Assembly: GCA_030536255.1 (NCBI GenBank)
Contig: JAUNQI010000008.1
Span: 11,453 to 75,452, forward strand
Source: Eubacteriales bacterium
GTDB lineage: Bacteria > Bacillota > Clostridia > Oscillospirales > Oscillospiraceae
Direction: 5' to 3'
DNA length: 64,000 bases
Of this stretch, positions 9,218 through 18,999 are shown piece after piece. A model generated the notes under the pieces. That model was not told where the DNA came from, searched no databases, and saw only the letters and a program-made list of their open reading frames with translations. The position numbers and the translations under genes were made by a program. The number at the start of each line of letters is the position of its first letter. The first letter of the stretch is position 1.

Positions 9218-9724
9218 ATGTTCAACAAAACGATAATTGAAAGTGCAGCGAGATCCCCGTGGATATTTCATATCAACGGGGGATCCTGCAATGGATGTGA
9301 TATTGAGATCGTTTCGGTCCTGACGCCGCGTTATGACGCGGAGCGGGTAGGCTTTAAGCTTGTCGGAAGCCCGAAGCATGCCGATATCGCCGTAGTGACC
9401 GGCCCAATCACAAAGCAGAGTCTCCCGAGGGTCTTGCGGACTCTTGAGCAGATTCCGGAGCCGAGATGCATTGTTACATGCGGTTCCTGTCCGCAGTCAG
9501 GCAATGTATTCCGGGGAAGCTATTCCATAGCCGGGCCGCTCAGCAAATATGTCCATGTGGATGTGGACATTGCCGGCTGTGCTCCGAAACCGGAAGCAAT
9601 CATTGACGGACTGCTGCTTGCTGCGAAGATCCTTGCAGAGAAAAAGAGAACCGGCAGCAGCGAAGTGCAGATTCAAAACCCGTTTGCACCGGCCAGAGAA
9701 AAAGAGAAGGGAGAAAATGAGTAA
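9218..9724 (+). CDS. mbhJ: NuoB-like [NiFe]-hydrogenase small subunit (MbhJ-like), [4Fe-4S]
   Basis: Cluster cysteines lie in GGSCNGCDIE, CGSCP and GCAPKPE. The ATG at 9218 lies 6 nt after AAAGGAGGAAAG. The track ORF starts at 9197. Confidence 0.88.
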   Translation: MFNKTIIESAARSPWIFHINGGSCNGCDIEIVSVLTPRYDAERVGFKLVGSPKHADIAVVTGPITKQSLPRVLRTLEQIPEPRCIVTCGSCPQSGNVFRGSYSIAGPLSKYVHVDVDIAGCAPKPEAIIDGLLLAAKILAEKKRTGSSEVQIQNPFAPAREKEKGENE

Positions 9725-10128
9725 TGGATTTTCCGTTTGCAAAACAGGCTATTGCTCAGCTGTTCAGCAAGCCAAGCTGTGATATGTACCCTTTTGTTCC
9801 GAGCGATGCGGCTCCCGGCTACAGAGGAAGGATCAAGTATGACCCGGAGAAGTGTCTCGGGTGCGGGATGTGCGCGCGCGTTTGTTCCGGAAACGCGATT
9901 ACGATCTTAAAAGAGCCTGTGGAGGAAGGGGAAAAGATCACGCTCACCTTCAATATGGGTTCCTGCACGTTCTGCAAAATGTGTGCGGATTTCTGCTCAT
10001 CCAAGTCGATCACGTTTTCCGACGACTATCACATGATTGCAACGAAGGAAGAAGATCTCATAGAGACAGGCTCACACATAAAAATAAAAAAAGCACCGGT
10101 AAAACCGGTGACAGATGAAAAGAAATAA
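9724..10128 (+). CDS. mbhN: NuoI-like 2x[4Fe-4S] ferredoxin subunit (MbhN-like)
   Basis: It has two CxxCxxCxxxC motifs (CLGCGMCARVC, CTFCKMCADFC). Its start overlaps the mbhJ stop (TAATG). Confidence 0.85.
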   Translation: MDFPFAKQAIAQLFSKPSCDMYPFVPSDAAPGYRGRIKYDPEKCLGCGMCARVCSGNAITILKEPVEEGEKITLTFNMGSCTFCKMCADFCSSKSITFSDDYHMIATKEEDLIETGSHIKIKKAPVKPVTDEKK

Positions 10129-10136
10129 AGAATATG

Positions 10137-10174
10137 AAAGGGATCGTACGAACAAGTTTTCGTATGATCCCTTT
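10137..10174. terminator. Bidirectional intrinsic terminator between mbhN and proC
   Basis: A 16-bp stem (AAAGGGATCGTACGAA / TTCGTATGATCCCTTT, one wobble) has a 6-nt loop and T-rich flanks on both strands. Confidence 0.75.
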
Positions 10175-10192
10175 TCTAATCAGATAATAGTA

Positions 10193-10990
10193 TTATTTCA
10201 GTGAGAGCGTTTTCTCATAAGAAGAGATGACGGCATCCATAACGCTTCCCCGGAATCCGCCTTCCTCCAGAGCGCGTACTCCCTGGATTGTTGTTCCGCC
10301 GGGAGAGCATACGGCGTCCTTGAGCTCACCGGGATGTGTTCCGGTGCTGAGAATATACTGCGCTGTGCCGAGCACCATCTGCGCGGCGCATTCGACTGCC
10401 TGATTTCTCGGCAGACCGCAGGCAACTCCGCCGTCAGCCAGCGCTTCTATGAACAGCGCCGCATAAGCGGGACCGCACCCGGATACAGCCGAACCGGCAT
10501 CGATCATACGTTCATCGACCCTCAGAAGCCTTCCGGAGAAGGACATCGCATCGAGGAATTCATCGAGAGTTTTCTTGTTGACGAGCTGATTGCAGGAATA
10601 CAGGATCAGCCCCTGCCCGATCGCAACAGGGATATTCGGCATGATGCGGATAACAGGATAGTCCTTGCCGAGCTGATCGAGGATCACCCGAATTTCGGTT
10701 CCTGCAGCCATGGTTACAAGGGTTAGGGGATTTTCTCTGTTTGCCAGGATATCCTTAATATCCTTCAGGAGCCCGCTGAGCATCTGGGGCTTTACGCCAA
10801 GAAATATATAGTCTGCTCGCTCTGCCACAGCAGAGACGTCCGCCACTTCTCCGCCTGTGGTTTCCGAAAGAGCAATGGCTTTTTCCGGATGCCTGTTCGC
10901 AAGGAGAAGCCTGAAAGCGGAATTTTTAGAAACGGCGGTGGCAAGAGCTCCGCCCATTTTTCCTGTCCCTATAAAACCGATCGTTGTCAT
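10193..10990 (-). CDS. proC: Pyrroline-5-carboxylate reductase
   Basis: It has the N-terminal GFIGTGKMG dinucleotide fold and the CSPGGTT motif. Length is 265 aa. Confidence 0.9.
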   Translation of the reverse strand: MTTIGFIGTGKMGGALATAVSKNSAFRLLLANRHPEKAIALSETTGGEVADVSAVAERADYIFLGVKPQMLSGLLKDIKDILANRENPLTLVTMAAGTEIRVILDQLGKDYPVIRIMPNIPVAIGQGLILYSCNQLVNKKTLDEFLDAMSFSGRLLRVDERMIDAGSAVSGCGPAYAALFIEALADGGVACGLPRNQAVECAAQMVLGTAQYILSTGTHPGELKDAVCSPGGTTIQGVRALEEGGFRGSVMDAVISSYEKTLSLK

Positions 10991-10999
10991 TTGTTTTCC

Positions 11000-12070
11000 T
11001 CACTGTCCGAAATCATCAAATGATGGGTTCTTTTTCTGGATCCTGTTGAAATAAATCGTAGCCGCTATCGTCAGTATGCCGGTTATGGCAATCAGGAAGA
11101 AAAATGTAAGGCCTCTGTTCAGCAGAACTCCAGCGGAAACAAGCTCTGAGCCGAAAAGATTATCCTGCAGATCCAGAAAAACATATTCGTTCAATCCTGC
11201 GGAGCCGGGGATCGGGAAAACATCGACCGCAAGGGCAAGAACCACCTGGATTGCAGTGATACTGATCCAGCTGCAGCCCTGAATATACAGGGATTTCGCA
11301 ACACAGAATGTAACTGAAAAATAAGCCAGACGCTGAATTACTGTAATGACAAACATTTTCAGCATGACCTGCTTATTATCCTTCAGAAAATCCGATGCTC
11401 TGGTAAATCTTGTCAGAGAATCCTTTGCCCGGTTTTTCCATTTTTTCGGATCCTTTATGATGTGAAGCTTTATTCCAAGGTCGATAAGTGAGTCGAGGAT
11501 CCGGGAAGCAAGAGGCGGACGGAAAACGCAAAGGATAAGGAAGATCATAAAACCGATCTGGATGAGAAGCCCGATGATAAACAGAAGCCAGACGTCCGAT
11601 ATCGCATTCGTAACAAGCTCCGGGCGAAGAATAAAAAAGAAAGCAAAAAGAAGGACAAGAACGAGCTTGTAGATCACCGTAACGATCATGCAGGTAAGCG
11701 TTGCAACCAGAACATCGATCCCAATCAGATTCATATAAACGATCTGCATCGGCTGCCCGCCGGAGGCTCCCGGCGTGATCTGCGAAAAGAAAAAGCCGAC
11801 GTTGGATAAAAGCACGCATTTCCCGAAGCTGGTATTGCAGCTCATTCCGTCAAACAGCATTTTCAGCTGGACGGACTCGAGCACTACGAACAGCATTACC
11901 AGCAATCCCCCGCAGGTCAGCCAGCGTCTGTCGGTATCGGAAATTTTATCAAGGATCTGTTCGATATCCTGGTTTCTGGTTATCAGATAAAATACAAAAC
12001 CGGAAATACAGAGGATAATCAGAGAGAACAGAAGATACTTTGCAATTTTTTTCTTTCTTTCTTTTGTCAC
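11000..12070 (-). CDS. UPF0104 / MprF-type transmembrane (flippase-like) domain protein
   Basis: It is a polytopic 356-aa protein with a Lys-rich N-terminus. The PGASGGQP and PIPGSAGLNE motifs are typical of the lysylphosphatidylglycerol-synthase TM-region family. No C-terminal synthase domain is present. Confidence 0.65.
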   Translation of the reverse strand: MTKERKKKIAKYLLFSLIILCISGFVFYLITRNQDIEQILDKISDTDRRWLTCGGLLVMLFVVLESVQLKMLFDGMSCNTSFGKCVLLSNVGFFFSQITPGASGGQPMQIVYMNLIGIDVLVATLTCMIVTVIYKLVLVLLFAFFFILRPELVTNAISDVWLLFIIGLLIQIGFMIFLILCVFRPPLASRILDSLIDLGIKLHIIKDPKKWKNRAKDSLTRFTRASDFLKDNKQVMLKMFVITVIQRLAYFSVTFCVAKSLYIQGCSWISITAIQVVLALAVDVFPIPGSAGLNEYVFLDLQDNLFGSELVSAGVLLNRGLTFFFLIAITGILTIAATIYFNRIQKKNPSFDDFGQ

Positions 12071-12105
12071 GTCTTCTGTCCCTTCATTTTGAAAGATATC
12101 GGAAC

Positions 12106-12954
12106 TCAGTCCGCTTTCTTCGCGATCATTTCTCCCATTTTCACGGGAATCTCACAGCTGTTTTTTGCCGCATCGAATACCCATTCAGGAAAACAAACAG
12201 TGTTATTTTTTAATAACAGGATTATCGTTGATCCGCCGTACAGGAAACGGCCTTTCTCCTGTCCTCTCTGAACGCGGCAGGCTTCGTGATAGTTCTCTAT
12301 TTTTCCTACAAGCAGAGCGCCGACCTCCATTTGAACGACCGGTCCGAAAGAAGCCGAGTCAATGAGCGTGTATTCTCTTGCGTTTTGAGAAAAAACAGGT
12401 ACGGAGCCTAGTGCTACCGGACGGACTGTATGCAGCACGCCGGGGATATGGGTGTTTTTCTCTTTTAACCCGGAATCAACGTAACAGTACCGATGATAGT
12501 GATTGACGCATAAACGGAAAACGAGACAGGTCCCATTCCTGTATCCGGCAGCAAGCAGAGGATCTTCCAAAAGGTCATCAATCGTATAATACCTTTGCTT
12601 TACAGGAATTACAAAGGACTCCGTTATTCTGTATGCGCTCAACAGTCCGTCACACGGGGCAATCAGATGCTCCGGATCCGAATCCACCGGGCGAAGCTCC
12701 GGCCGGATCGATCTTGAAAAGAAATCATTGAAGCTCCTGTAATCACAGTCCTGATAATCACTCAGTCGGATCCCGTTCTTTCTGACGAAATGCGGGATGA
12801 AGATTTTCGAGAGTGAAGAGTCAAGAAATTTTCCGCAGAATTCGGAAAGGCCGGGGAAAATAAGACCTTTCAGAAGGAATCTCCCCGGAACCGTATGATA
12901 CAGAAACTCCAGAAACCGGCTGTCTTTCGGATAAGGGATGGTTATCTCGTTCAT
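12106..12954 (-). CDS. psd: Phosphatidylserine decarboxylase proenzyme
   Basis: It is Psd-like throughout and carries the GGST self-cleavage motif near the C-terminus (FLYGGSTIILL). It lies directly downstream of pssA. Confidence 0.85.
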   Translation of the reverse strand: MNEITIPYPKDSRFLEFLYHTVPGRFLLKGLIFPGLSEFCGKFLDSSLSKIFIPHFVRKNGIRLSDYQDCDYRSFNDFFSRSIRPELRPVDSDPEHLIAPCDGLLSAYRITESFVIPVKQRYYTIDDLLEDPLLAAGYRNGTCLVFRLCVNHYHRYCYVDSGLKEKNTHIPGVLHTVRPVALGSVPVFSQNAREYTLIDSASFGPVVQMEVGALLVGKIENYHEACRVQRGQEKGRFLYGGSTIILLLKNNTVCFPEWVFDAAKNSCEIPVKMGEMIAKKAD

Positions 12955-12968
12955 CGATGTTTTCAGTA

Positions 12969-13658
12969 TCAGCGGAAGATGTAAAACAGCAGCACCAGAA
13001 ATTCAAGTACACCGATTCCGATCATGACCAGGATCCCTTTGAACTGCGGCTTGGGGATCCGGATCTTTGCGACGAATGCAATGCTCATCAGGAACATGAC
13101 AATGAAATAAATGGGCGTAATATCCATCGGAATAATGTACTGAAATAACATTACCGTAGGAAAGATCAGAGACGCGGAGGTAACGGGAAGCCCTTCATAA
13201 TACTTCCGGCAGCCCTCTTCGGTTTTCTGCCGTTCTTCTTCCGTAACATTGAAATATGCAAGGCGGATCAGCGCCGCGAGAATATACATCAGGATGATTA
13301 CAAAAAGAATGACTGCGATCCGGAATTCCACTCTAGTCTGCGTCTTGAACCGAGGAAGCTCCGGGAGTTTCGGGGAGACACGGATCATTGCGTTTCCAAT
13401 GCAGCCCGGAAGTACGCCGAATGCGATCAGATCGGACAAAGAGTCAATCTGAATACCGAATTTTTTCTCGAGATCCGTGCGATCCTTCTTCTTCCTCGCA
13501 ACCCTGCCGTCAAATGCATCGCACAGACCACTGATAAGCAGAAAGAACGTCCCATAATACGGATGCCCTGTACCGTTCAGGGACACGATGATTCCGATTC
13601 CTGCGGACAGCGCGGAAAGATATGTAAGGATTACAGTATAATCATAAACACCAATCAT
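12969..13658 (-). CDS. pssA: CDP-diacylglycerol--serine O-phosphatidyltransferase
   Basis: It has the CDP-alcohol phosphatidyltransferase motif (CDAFDGRVAR...GIQIDSLSDLIAFG) and is a polytopic membrane protein. Confidence 0.85.
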   Translation of the reverse strand: MIGVYDYTVILTYLSALSAGIGIIVSLNGTGHPYYGTFFLLISGLCDAFDGRVARKKKDRTDLEKKFGIQIDSLSDLIAFGVLPGCIGNAMIRVSPKLPELPRFKTQTRVEFRIAVILFVIILMYILAALIRLAYFNVTEEERQKTEEGCRKYYEGLPVTSASLIFPTVMLFQYIIPMDITPIYFIVMFLMSIAFVAKIRIPKPQFKGILVMIGIGVLEFLVLLFYIFR

Positions 13659-13826
13659 TTGATTTCTCCGGATTAATGTAGGAATAATAATGTTAAGATT
13701 TTTTAACTAATCCATTATAATGGAAAGAACAGGAGTATTCAAGTATAAATGACCGGGATGACACAGCATTTTCGCAGGAAACTGTTTTCATTGTAATCTT
13801 ATGACAGAAATGATAAAATATTACCT

Positions 13827-14582
13827 ATGAATAATGAGGACAAACGTAAAAAAATAATATCGCTTGTTCTGAGATTTGCGGCGATTGCCGGCGGAATGGC
13901 GCTATGTGTACCGGTTACGTGGTATCTGAATTCTCTTCTAGGGAACGGGGAGACAGATATCGCTTCCATGAGCGGAGCGGTTTTCTGCTGCTGTCTCGTT
14001 GCGCTTACCGTTCTTGCTGTGGTATCGGGACTGAGAGCTATGATGGGAAAGCCATTCCGGCTAACTGTCGCTGTAATCGGGTTAACTGCAGCGGTATGTA
14101 TTGCAGCCGGAGTGATCTCTTTTAAAACAATGCCGGAAACGGGTGATTCTCCGCCCGTATCTCCCAGACCAACGGTTACTCCTCCGGCGATAACAATTGA
14201 AGAAGTGTCTGAGATCGAGAATCCCGAGAGCGGCACTGTCTTTTACAAAAAGTATTATGATAACCCTGCTTTCCTGACCGTGGACAATGCGAGCTCTTCG
14301 GATATGTATGTGAAGCTCCGGGATAGAAAAGGAAAGATCGTTCTCATTTTTTACATCAGAGCAAATGATACGGCGTCCGTCAATGCTCCCGTGGGAACAT
14401 ACGAGTATATCTGCGCCTTCGGAAAAGAATGGCAGGATGAAGAGAATTACTTCGGAGAGAACACAAAATTCAGAAAATCAAAGGAGATCTGCAGCTTCAG
14501 TTGGGGAAGCACCTGCGAGATCTCTATTGGGCGTAACGCTGCCGAGCTTCTGGATGTCAGCAGAAGCGAGTTTGAAAAATAA
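13827..14582 (+). CDS. Hypothetical membrane-anchored protein (N-terminal TM helices, Pro/Thr linker, unassigned C-terminal domain)
   Basis: It is the only long ORF in this interval. It has 3 predicted hydrophobic helices followed by SPPVSPRPTVTPP. I recognised no family. Confidence 0.5.
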   Translation: MNNEDKRKKIISLVLRFAAIAGGMALCVPVTWYLNSLLGNGETDIASMSGAVFCCCLVALTVLAVVSGLRAMMGKPFRLTVAVIGLTAAVCIAAGVISFKTMPETGDSPPVSPRPTVTPPAITIEEVSEIENPESGTVFYKKYYDNPAFLTVDNASSSDMYVKLRDRKGKIVLIFYIRANDTASVNAPVGTYEYICAFGKEWQDEENYFGENTKFRKSKEICSFSWGSTCEISIGRNAAELLDVSRSEFEK

Positions 14583-14725
14583 ATACTATTCTAAACAAAT
14601 AACAAAAGCTTTCACGCGATGTGAGAGCTTTTTAATATTTGAAATCTTTCCTTTGCGTAGTAAATCAAAGACAGGTTTCTCAAAAAGAAAAACCTGTCAG
14701 ATAGTTAACGCATATTACCGGAATA

Positions 14726-16003
14726 TTATTTTGCTCCCGGTTTTCCGAGCATACGGAACATATTCTTCTTGTAAGCCTCAACACCCGGCTGGTTGAAGGG
14801 GTTCACGCCGCTGATATAACCGGATATGCCGCAGGCAACCTCAAAGAAGCAGACAAGGGCTGCAAAGCCGGCTTCATCGCGGCTGTCAAGATCGATCTCA
14901 ATATTCGGTACTCCGCCGGAGATATGGGCTTCCTTGACTGCATCCGCTGCAACAGCTCCCACCTCGCTGAGGTCACGCCCGGCGACGTAGTTCAGGCCGT
15001 CGGCATCGGCATCGTCAAAGGGAATTGCATATTTGGAGAGGGGCTTCGTGAAGCGGACGATGCTTTCAAACAGCATTCTCGGACCTTCCTGGATATACTG
15101 TCCCATGGAATGCAGGTCAGCTGTGAACTCAACGGATGCGGGGAAAATGCCAATTCCGTCTTTTCCTTCGCTCTCGCCGTAGAGCTGTTTCCACCACTCA
15201 GCCATGAAGCGGAAGCTCGGTTCATAGGCACCGAGGATCTCCACGCCGAAGCCGTTCTGATAAAGATGCTGTCTCGCAGCGGCGTACTGCCATGTGGGGT
15301 TCTCCGGGGAACGGACATCAAGAGCCTTCATCTCTTCAATTGCGCAGTCGATGACCTTGCGTACATCGATCCCGGCAACAGCCATCGGAAGCAGACCGAC
15401 AGCGGTAAGAACGCTGAAGCGTCCGCCTACGTCATCGGGAATAATAAAGCTTTCCCAGCCGTTTTCATTGGCAAGGCCCTTGAGAACGCCGCGCGCTTTA
15501 TCGGTTGTTGCAAAGATATGCTTGTCGGCATCTTTCCCGTATTTCTTTGCAAGGAGCTCACGGAAAATGCGGAAAGATACGGCAGGCTCGAGCGTTGTTC
15601 CGGACTTGGAAATAACGTTTACGTCGAAATCCTTATCACCGAGCTTGGCGAGAATATCATTGAGATAGTCTGCAGAAAGTCCGTTTCCGGCAAAGAAGAC
15701 CTGAGGATCGTCCTCTGCGGGAATAGGACGGAGAAGCTCGATTGCGCCTCTTGCTCCGAGATAGGATCCGCCGATTCCGATTACAATCAGAGCTTTGGAA
15801 CGGGAGCGGATCAGTTCCGCAGCTTTAACGATGCGGTCAAGCTCAGTCTCTTTAATTATTTCGGGAATTGTAAGCCAGCCGCGGAAATCAGAGCCCGCGC
15901 CGGTTCCTTCGGAAAGCGTTTTATGTGCGGCGGCAGCTGCAGAGTAATCCGGGCCGTTGCCCTTGAAAAACATCTCTGCGCCTTTTAAGTTGACTTTAAC
16001 CAT
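14726..16003 (-). CDS. pgi: Glucose-6-phosphate isomerase (short Firmicute type)
   Basis: It carries the GIGGSYLGARG and SKSGTTLEP motifs. Length is 425 aa. Confidence 0.92.
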   Translation of the reverse strand: MVKVNLKGAEMFFKGNGPDYSAAAAAHKTLSEGTGAGSDFRGWLTIPEIIKETELDRIVKAAELIRSRSKALIVIGIGGSYLGARGAIELLRPIPAEDDPQVFFAGNGLSADYLNDILAKLGDKDFDVNVISKSGTTLEPAVSFRIFRELLAKKYGKDADKHIFATTDKARGVLKGLANENGWESFIIPDDVGGRFSVLTAVGLLPMAVAGIDVRKVIDCAIEEMKALDVRSPENPTWQYAAARQHLYQNGFGVEILGAYEPSFRFMAEWWKQLYGESEGKDGIGIFPASVEFTADLHSMGQYIQEGPRMLFESIVRFTKPLSKYAIPFDDADADGLNYVAGRDLSEVGAVAADAVKEAHISGGVPNIEIDLDSRDEAGFAALVCFFEVACGISGYISGVNPFNQPGVEAYKKNMFRMLGKPGAK

Positions 16004-16300
16004 ATGAATCCTCCAAAAATGTTTTCTATCACATTATATACTATTCTTTCTATTATTCAAGAAAAGGTTTCCGGCGACATAATATCATAAACACCGATTA
16101 TGAATAAATTACAAATTGTTATGAATGATTGCAGGAAAGAAACGGGAGCAGAATACAATAAACTGTTGAGTTTTTGACATTTTGAACAGAGTTTTCAACA
16201 AAGAATATTTGAATATATAACAGAAAAAAGAAAGAACAGTTTACATAACGAAAAATGATAAACATTTTGTAATAAAATTATCCCGCGCAATATTATAGTG

Positions 16301-16329
16301 TTGACGTATTTTGAACGGGATAGTAAAAT
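16301..16329 (+). promoter_or_regulatory. Sigma-A-type promoter upstream of the AI-2E permease gene
   Basis: TTGACG, a 17-nt spacer and TAAAAT lie about 30 nt upstream of the RBS AAAGGAGG. Confidence 0.55.
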
Positions 16330-16357
16330 AATATTCTGGTTGAAAGGAGGTTGAGAT

Positions 16358-17599
16358 ATGAGAAGACGCTTCAGATGGGATAAAAAATATCTTTATTGGG
16401 GTGTTACCGCATTTTGCGTGATCGCTGCTTCGATCCTTTTTTACCTCATTATCTCCAGCTTCCCGATAATCGCCAAAGGTGTAAGTAAAATTTTCTCTAT
16501 TCTGTCACCTTTTATTTGGGGAATTGTTATTACCTATCTTCTGTCTCCGGTTATGCACGGTCTGGAGAGACTTTTTTCGGGAGGAAAAAAGTCCGGAGCT
16601 GTCAATTCTTCCCGGAAAGCAAAAACATCCCGTGTTTTTGCCGTGCTGATCTCGGAGATCCTTCTTATCCTTTTAATTGTGGCGTTTGTTTATCTTATTA
16701 TTCCTCAGTTATATTCCAGCATTGAAACGATCGTCGTGAATTCTCCGGCATATTTTAATAAGGCAATTGACTGGATCCGCGTCAAGCTTGCGGATTATCC
16801 ACGGGCGGAAGAATATGTTATTTCCTCATTGGAGAATTTGAGCCAGAATTTGATCGAAGCAATCAGAGACAAGGTCCTTCCGTCTCTCGGGAATGTCGTT
16901 ACCGGAGTTACCACTGGCGTGTTTGTCGTTGTTAAAGGAGTATATAATCTCATCATCGGCATTATCGTTTCCATTTATCTTCTGGCCAATGTTGAGGTCG
17001 CTCTGGGAGGATGTCGGAAGGTTCTGTACAGTATTTTCCCTGTGGAATCGGCCGAGAATATCCGTTCTTCTCTGAAGTTCGTGGATAAGACCTTTATGGA
17101 TTTTATTGTCGGAAAACTTCTCGATTCGGCAATTATCGGCTTGATCTGCTATATCGTCTGCGCGCTGATCAATATTCCGTATGCGCTGCTTGTGAGCGTG
17201 ATCGTCGGGATTACAAACATTATTCCTTTCTTTGGCCCGTTTATCGGTGCAATACCATCGGCGCTGATCATTCTCCTTGTTGATCCTGTAAAGTGCCTGA
17301 TATTTATTATTTTTATCATTATTCTGCAGCAGATCGACGGAAATATTATCGGACCCAAGATCCTCGGAAGCTCCGTCGGAGTAAACGGATTCTGGATCAT
17401 GTTTGCCATTATTATCGGTGGTGGGCTGTTCGGATTTACAGGAATGCTGCTGGGCGTACCGCTGTTTGTGGTTTTCTATACCGCGATCAAGAATGTTGTT
17501 GAAAGAACCCTGAAAAAGAATGATTTACCGGTTGAAATAGAATCCTATAAAAATCTGGATTATATAGATACCGCAACACGGGAAATACATACGAAATAG
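16358..17599 (+). CDS. AI-2E family transporter (PerM/YhhT-like permease)
   Basis: It is a polytopic 413-aa protein. The motif ITNIIPFFGPFIGAIPSALIILL is typical of the family. Confidence 0.8.
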   Translation: MRRRFRWDKKYLYWGVTAFCVIAASILFYLIISSFPIIAKGVSKIFSILSPFIWGIVITYLLSPVMHGLERLFSGGKKSGAVNSSRKAKTSRVFAVLISEILLILLIVAFVYLIIPQLYSSIETIVVNSPAYFNKAIDWIRVKLADYPRAEEYVISSLENLSQNLIEAIRDKVLPSLGNVVTGVTTGVFVVVKGVYNLIIGIIVSIYLLANVEVALGGCRKVLYSIFPVESAENIRSSLKFVDKTFMDFIVGKLLDSAIIGLICYIVCALINIPYALLVSVIVGITNIIPFFGPFIGAIPSALIILLVDPVKCLIFIIFIIILQQIDGNIIGPKILGSSVGVNGFWIMFAIIIGGGLFGFTGMLLGVPLFVVFYTAIKNVVERTLKKNDLPVEIESYKNLDYIDTATREIHTK

Positions 17600-17682
17600 A
17601 AGAATAGCAAGAAAGATCTTCCGGCTCCTCCTGGGCTATGCAGGAGGGGCCGGTTAATGATAAATCGGAAGAGGCAGTTTTC

Positions 17683-18999
17683 ATGAAATATTTAATATCC
17701 ACGCTCGGATGCAAGGTGAATCAGGTCGAAACACAGGCGATGGAGGCCATGCTGATTGCTGACGGGCATTCCAGGGCAGAAGCCGGAGAGACTGCCGATG
17801 CGATCATCGTAAATACCTGCGCCGTTACGGCGGAGAGTGGAAGAAAATCCAGACAGCTTGTCAGAAGGCTTGGCGAAGAAAATCCGGGTGCTGTCATCGG
17901 GATCTGCGGCTGCTATTCCCAGATCGAACCGGAACTTTCTGAGAGTCTCCATGCAAAAGTGGTTTTCGGCTCCGGAAACAGGATCGGATTTGTTAAAGCA
18001 GTTGAGAAAGCTGTTGAAACGGGTGAAACGGTCATAGAGATCGATAAGCCGTTTGAGAGAAAACAATATGAGGAGCTGCCGGCAGGAGCAGTATCGGGAA
18101 GAACAAGAGCGATGCTGAAGATTCAGGATGGCTGCGTGAATTTCTGTACTTACTGTATTATCCCGTATACAAGAGGCCGGCTGAGGAGCTTGCCTTTGGA
18201 TTCGGCTGCCGCTGAAACGCAAAGAATCGCAGATGAAGGATACAGAGAACTGGTGCTCACAGGAATTGAAGTGGCATCATATGGCGTAGATCTGCCGGGA
18301 AAGCCGGGGCTGGCAGACGTAATATGCAGATGCGCAGAAAAAGCGGGCGATATGCGCCTGAGACTGGGTTCTCTGGAGCCAACGGTAATTACCGAGGATT
18401 TCTGCAGAAAGCTGTCAGAAACGGGAAAGCTGTGCAGGCATTTCCACCTCAGCCTCCAGTCCGGATGCGACCAGACACTGAAAGCAATGAACAGAAAGTA
18501 CGATACGGAGTTTTTCTTCCGCAGAACAGAGCTTCTGCGTCAGTATTTTCCCGGCTGCGGCCTGACATGTGACCTGATCACAGGATTCCCCGGAGAAACG
18601 GAAGAGGACTTTTCCTCTACCCTGAACTTCATCAGGAAATGCGCTTTTTCGGATATGCATATTTTCCCGTATTCACGTCGTCCGGGAACGCCGGCAGATA
18701 AGATGCCGGATCAGTGCACGCATGCTGTGAAAGCCCGTCGGGCGGCAGAAGCGCAGAAAGTCTGCGAAGAAATGCATCATGAATATCTCCAAAACTCGGT
18801 GGGAAAAATTCTGCCCGTCCTCTTTGAAACGGAGGAAGACGGAGCCTGCGTGGGTCACAGCGATACGTATGTTCTCGTTTCCGTTCCGGGAATGTCATTG
18901 CGGGGACAGATACATGATGTTCGTATTACGGGTTTAAATAATGATAAACTATTGGGTGAAATAATACAGGAGGCAGGTCATGTCAGAGAGAGTATTTAA
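17683..18999 (+). CDS. mtaB: tRNA methylthiotransferase, MtaB-like (radical SAM MTTase)
   Basis: It has the N-terminal STLGCKVNQ, the radical-SAM CVNFCTYCIIP motif and a C-terminal TRAM-like region. The ATG at 17683 is preferred over the track start at 17638. Confidence 0.85.
   Translation: MKYLISTLGCKVNQVETQAMEAMLIADGHSRAEAGETADAIIVNTCAVTAESGRKSRQLVRRLGEENPGAVIGICGCYSQIEPELSESLHAKVVFGSGNRIGFVKAVEKAVETGETVIEIDKPFERKQYEELPAGAVSGRTRAMLKIQDGCVNFCTYCIIPYTRGRLRSLPLDSAAAETQRIADEGYRELVLTGIEVASYGVDLPGKPGLADVICRCAEKAGDMRLRLGSLEPTVITEDFCRKLSETGKLCRHFHLSLQSGCDQTLKAMNRKYDTEFFFRRTELLRQYFPGCGLTCDLITGFPGETEEDFSSTLNFIRKCAFSDMHIFPYSRRPGTPADKMPDQCTHAVKARRAAEAQKVCEEMHHEYLQNSVGKILPVLFETEEDGACVGHSDTYVLVSVPGMSLRGQIHDVRITGLNNDKLLGEIIQEAGHVRESI

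Noticed and set aside
14924-15988. 354-aa plus-strand ORF opposite pgi
   Set aside because: It is a shadow ORF. The minus-strand frame is an unambiguous glucose-6-phosphate isomerase.
16140-16200. Inverted repeat TGTTGAG...TTTCAACA with a cre-like TGAACAGAGTTTTCA upstream of pgi
   Set aside because: It lacks the central CG of the CcpA cre consensus and has too many mismatches to call.
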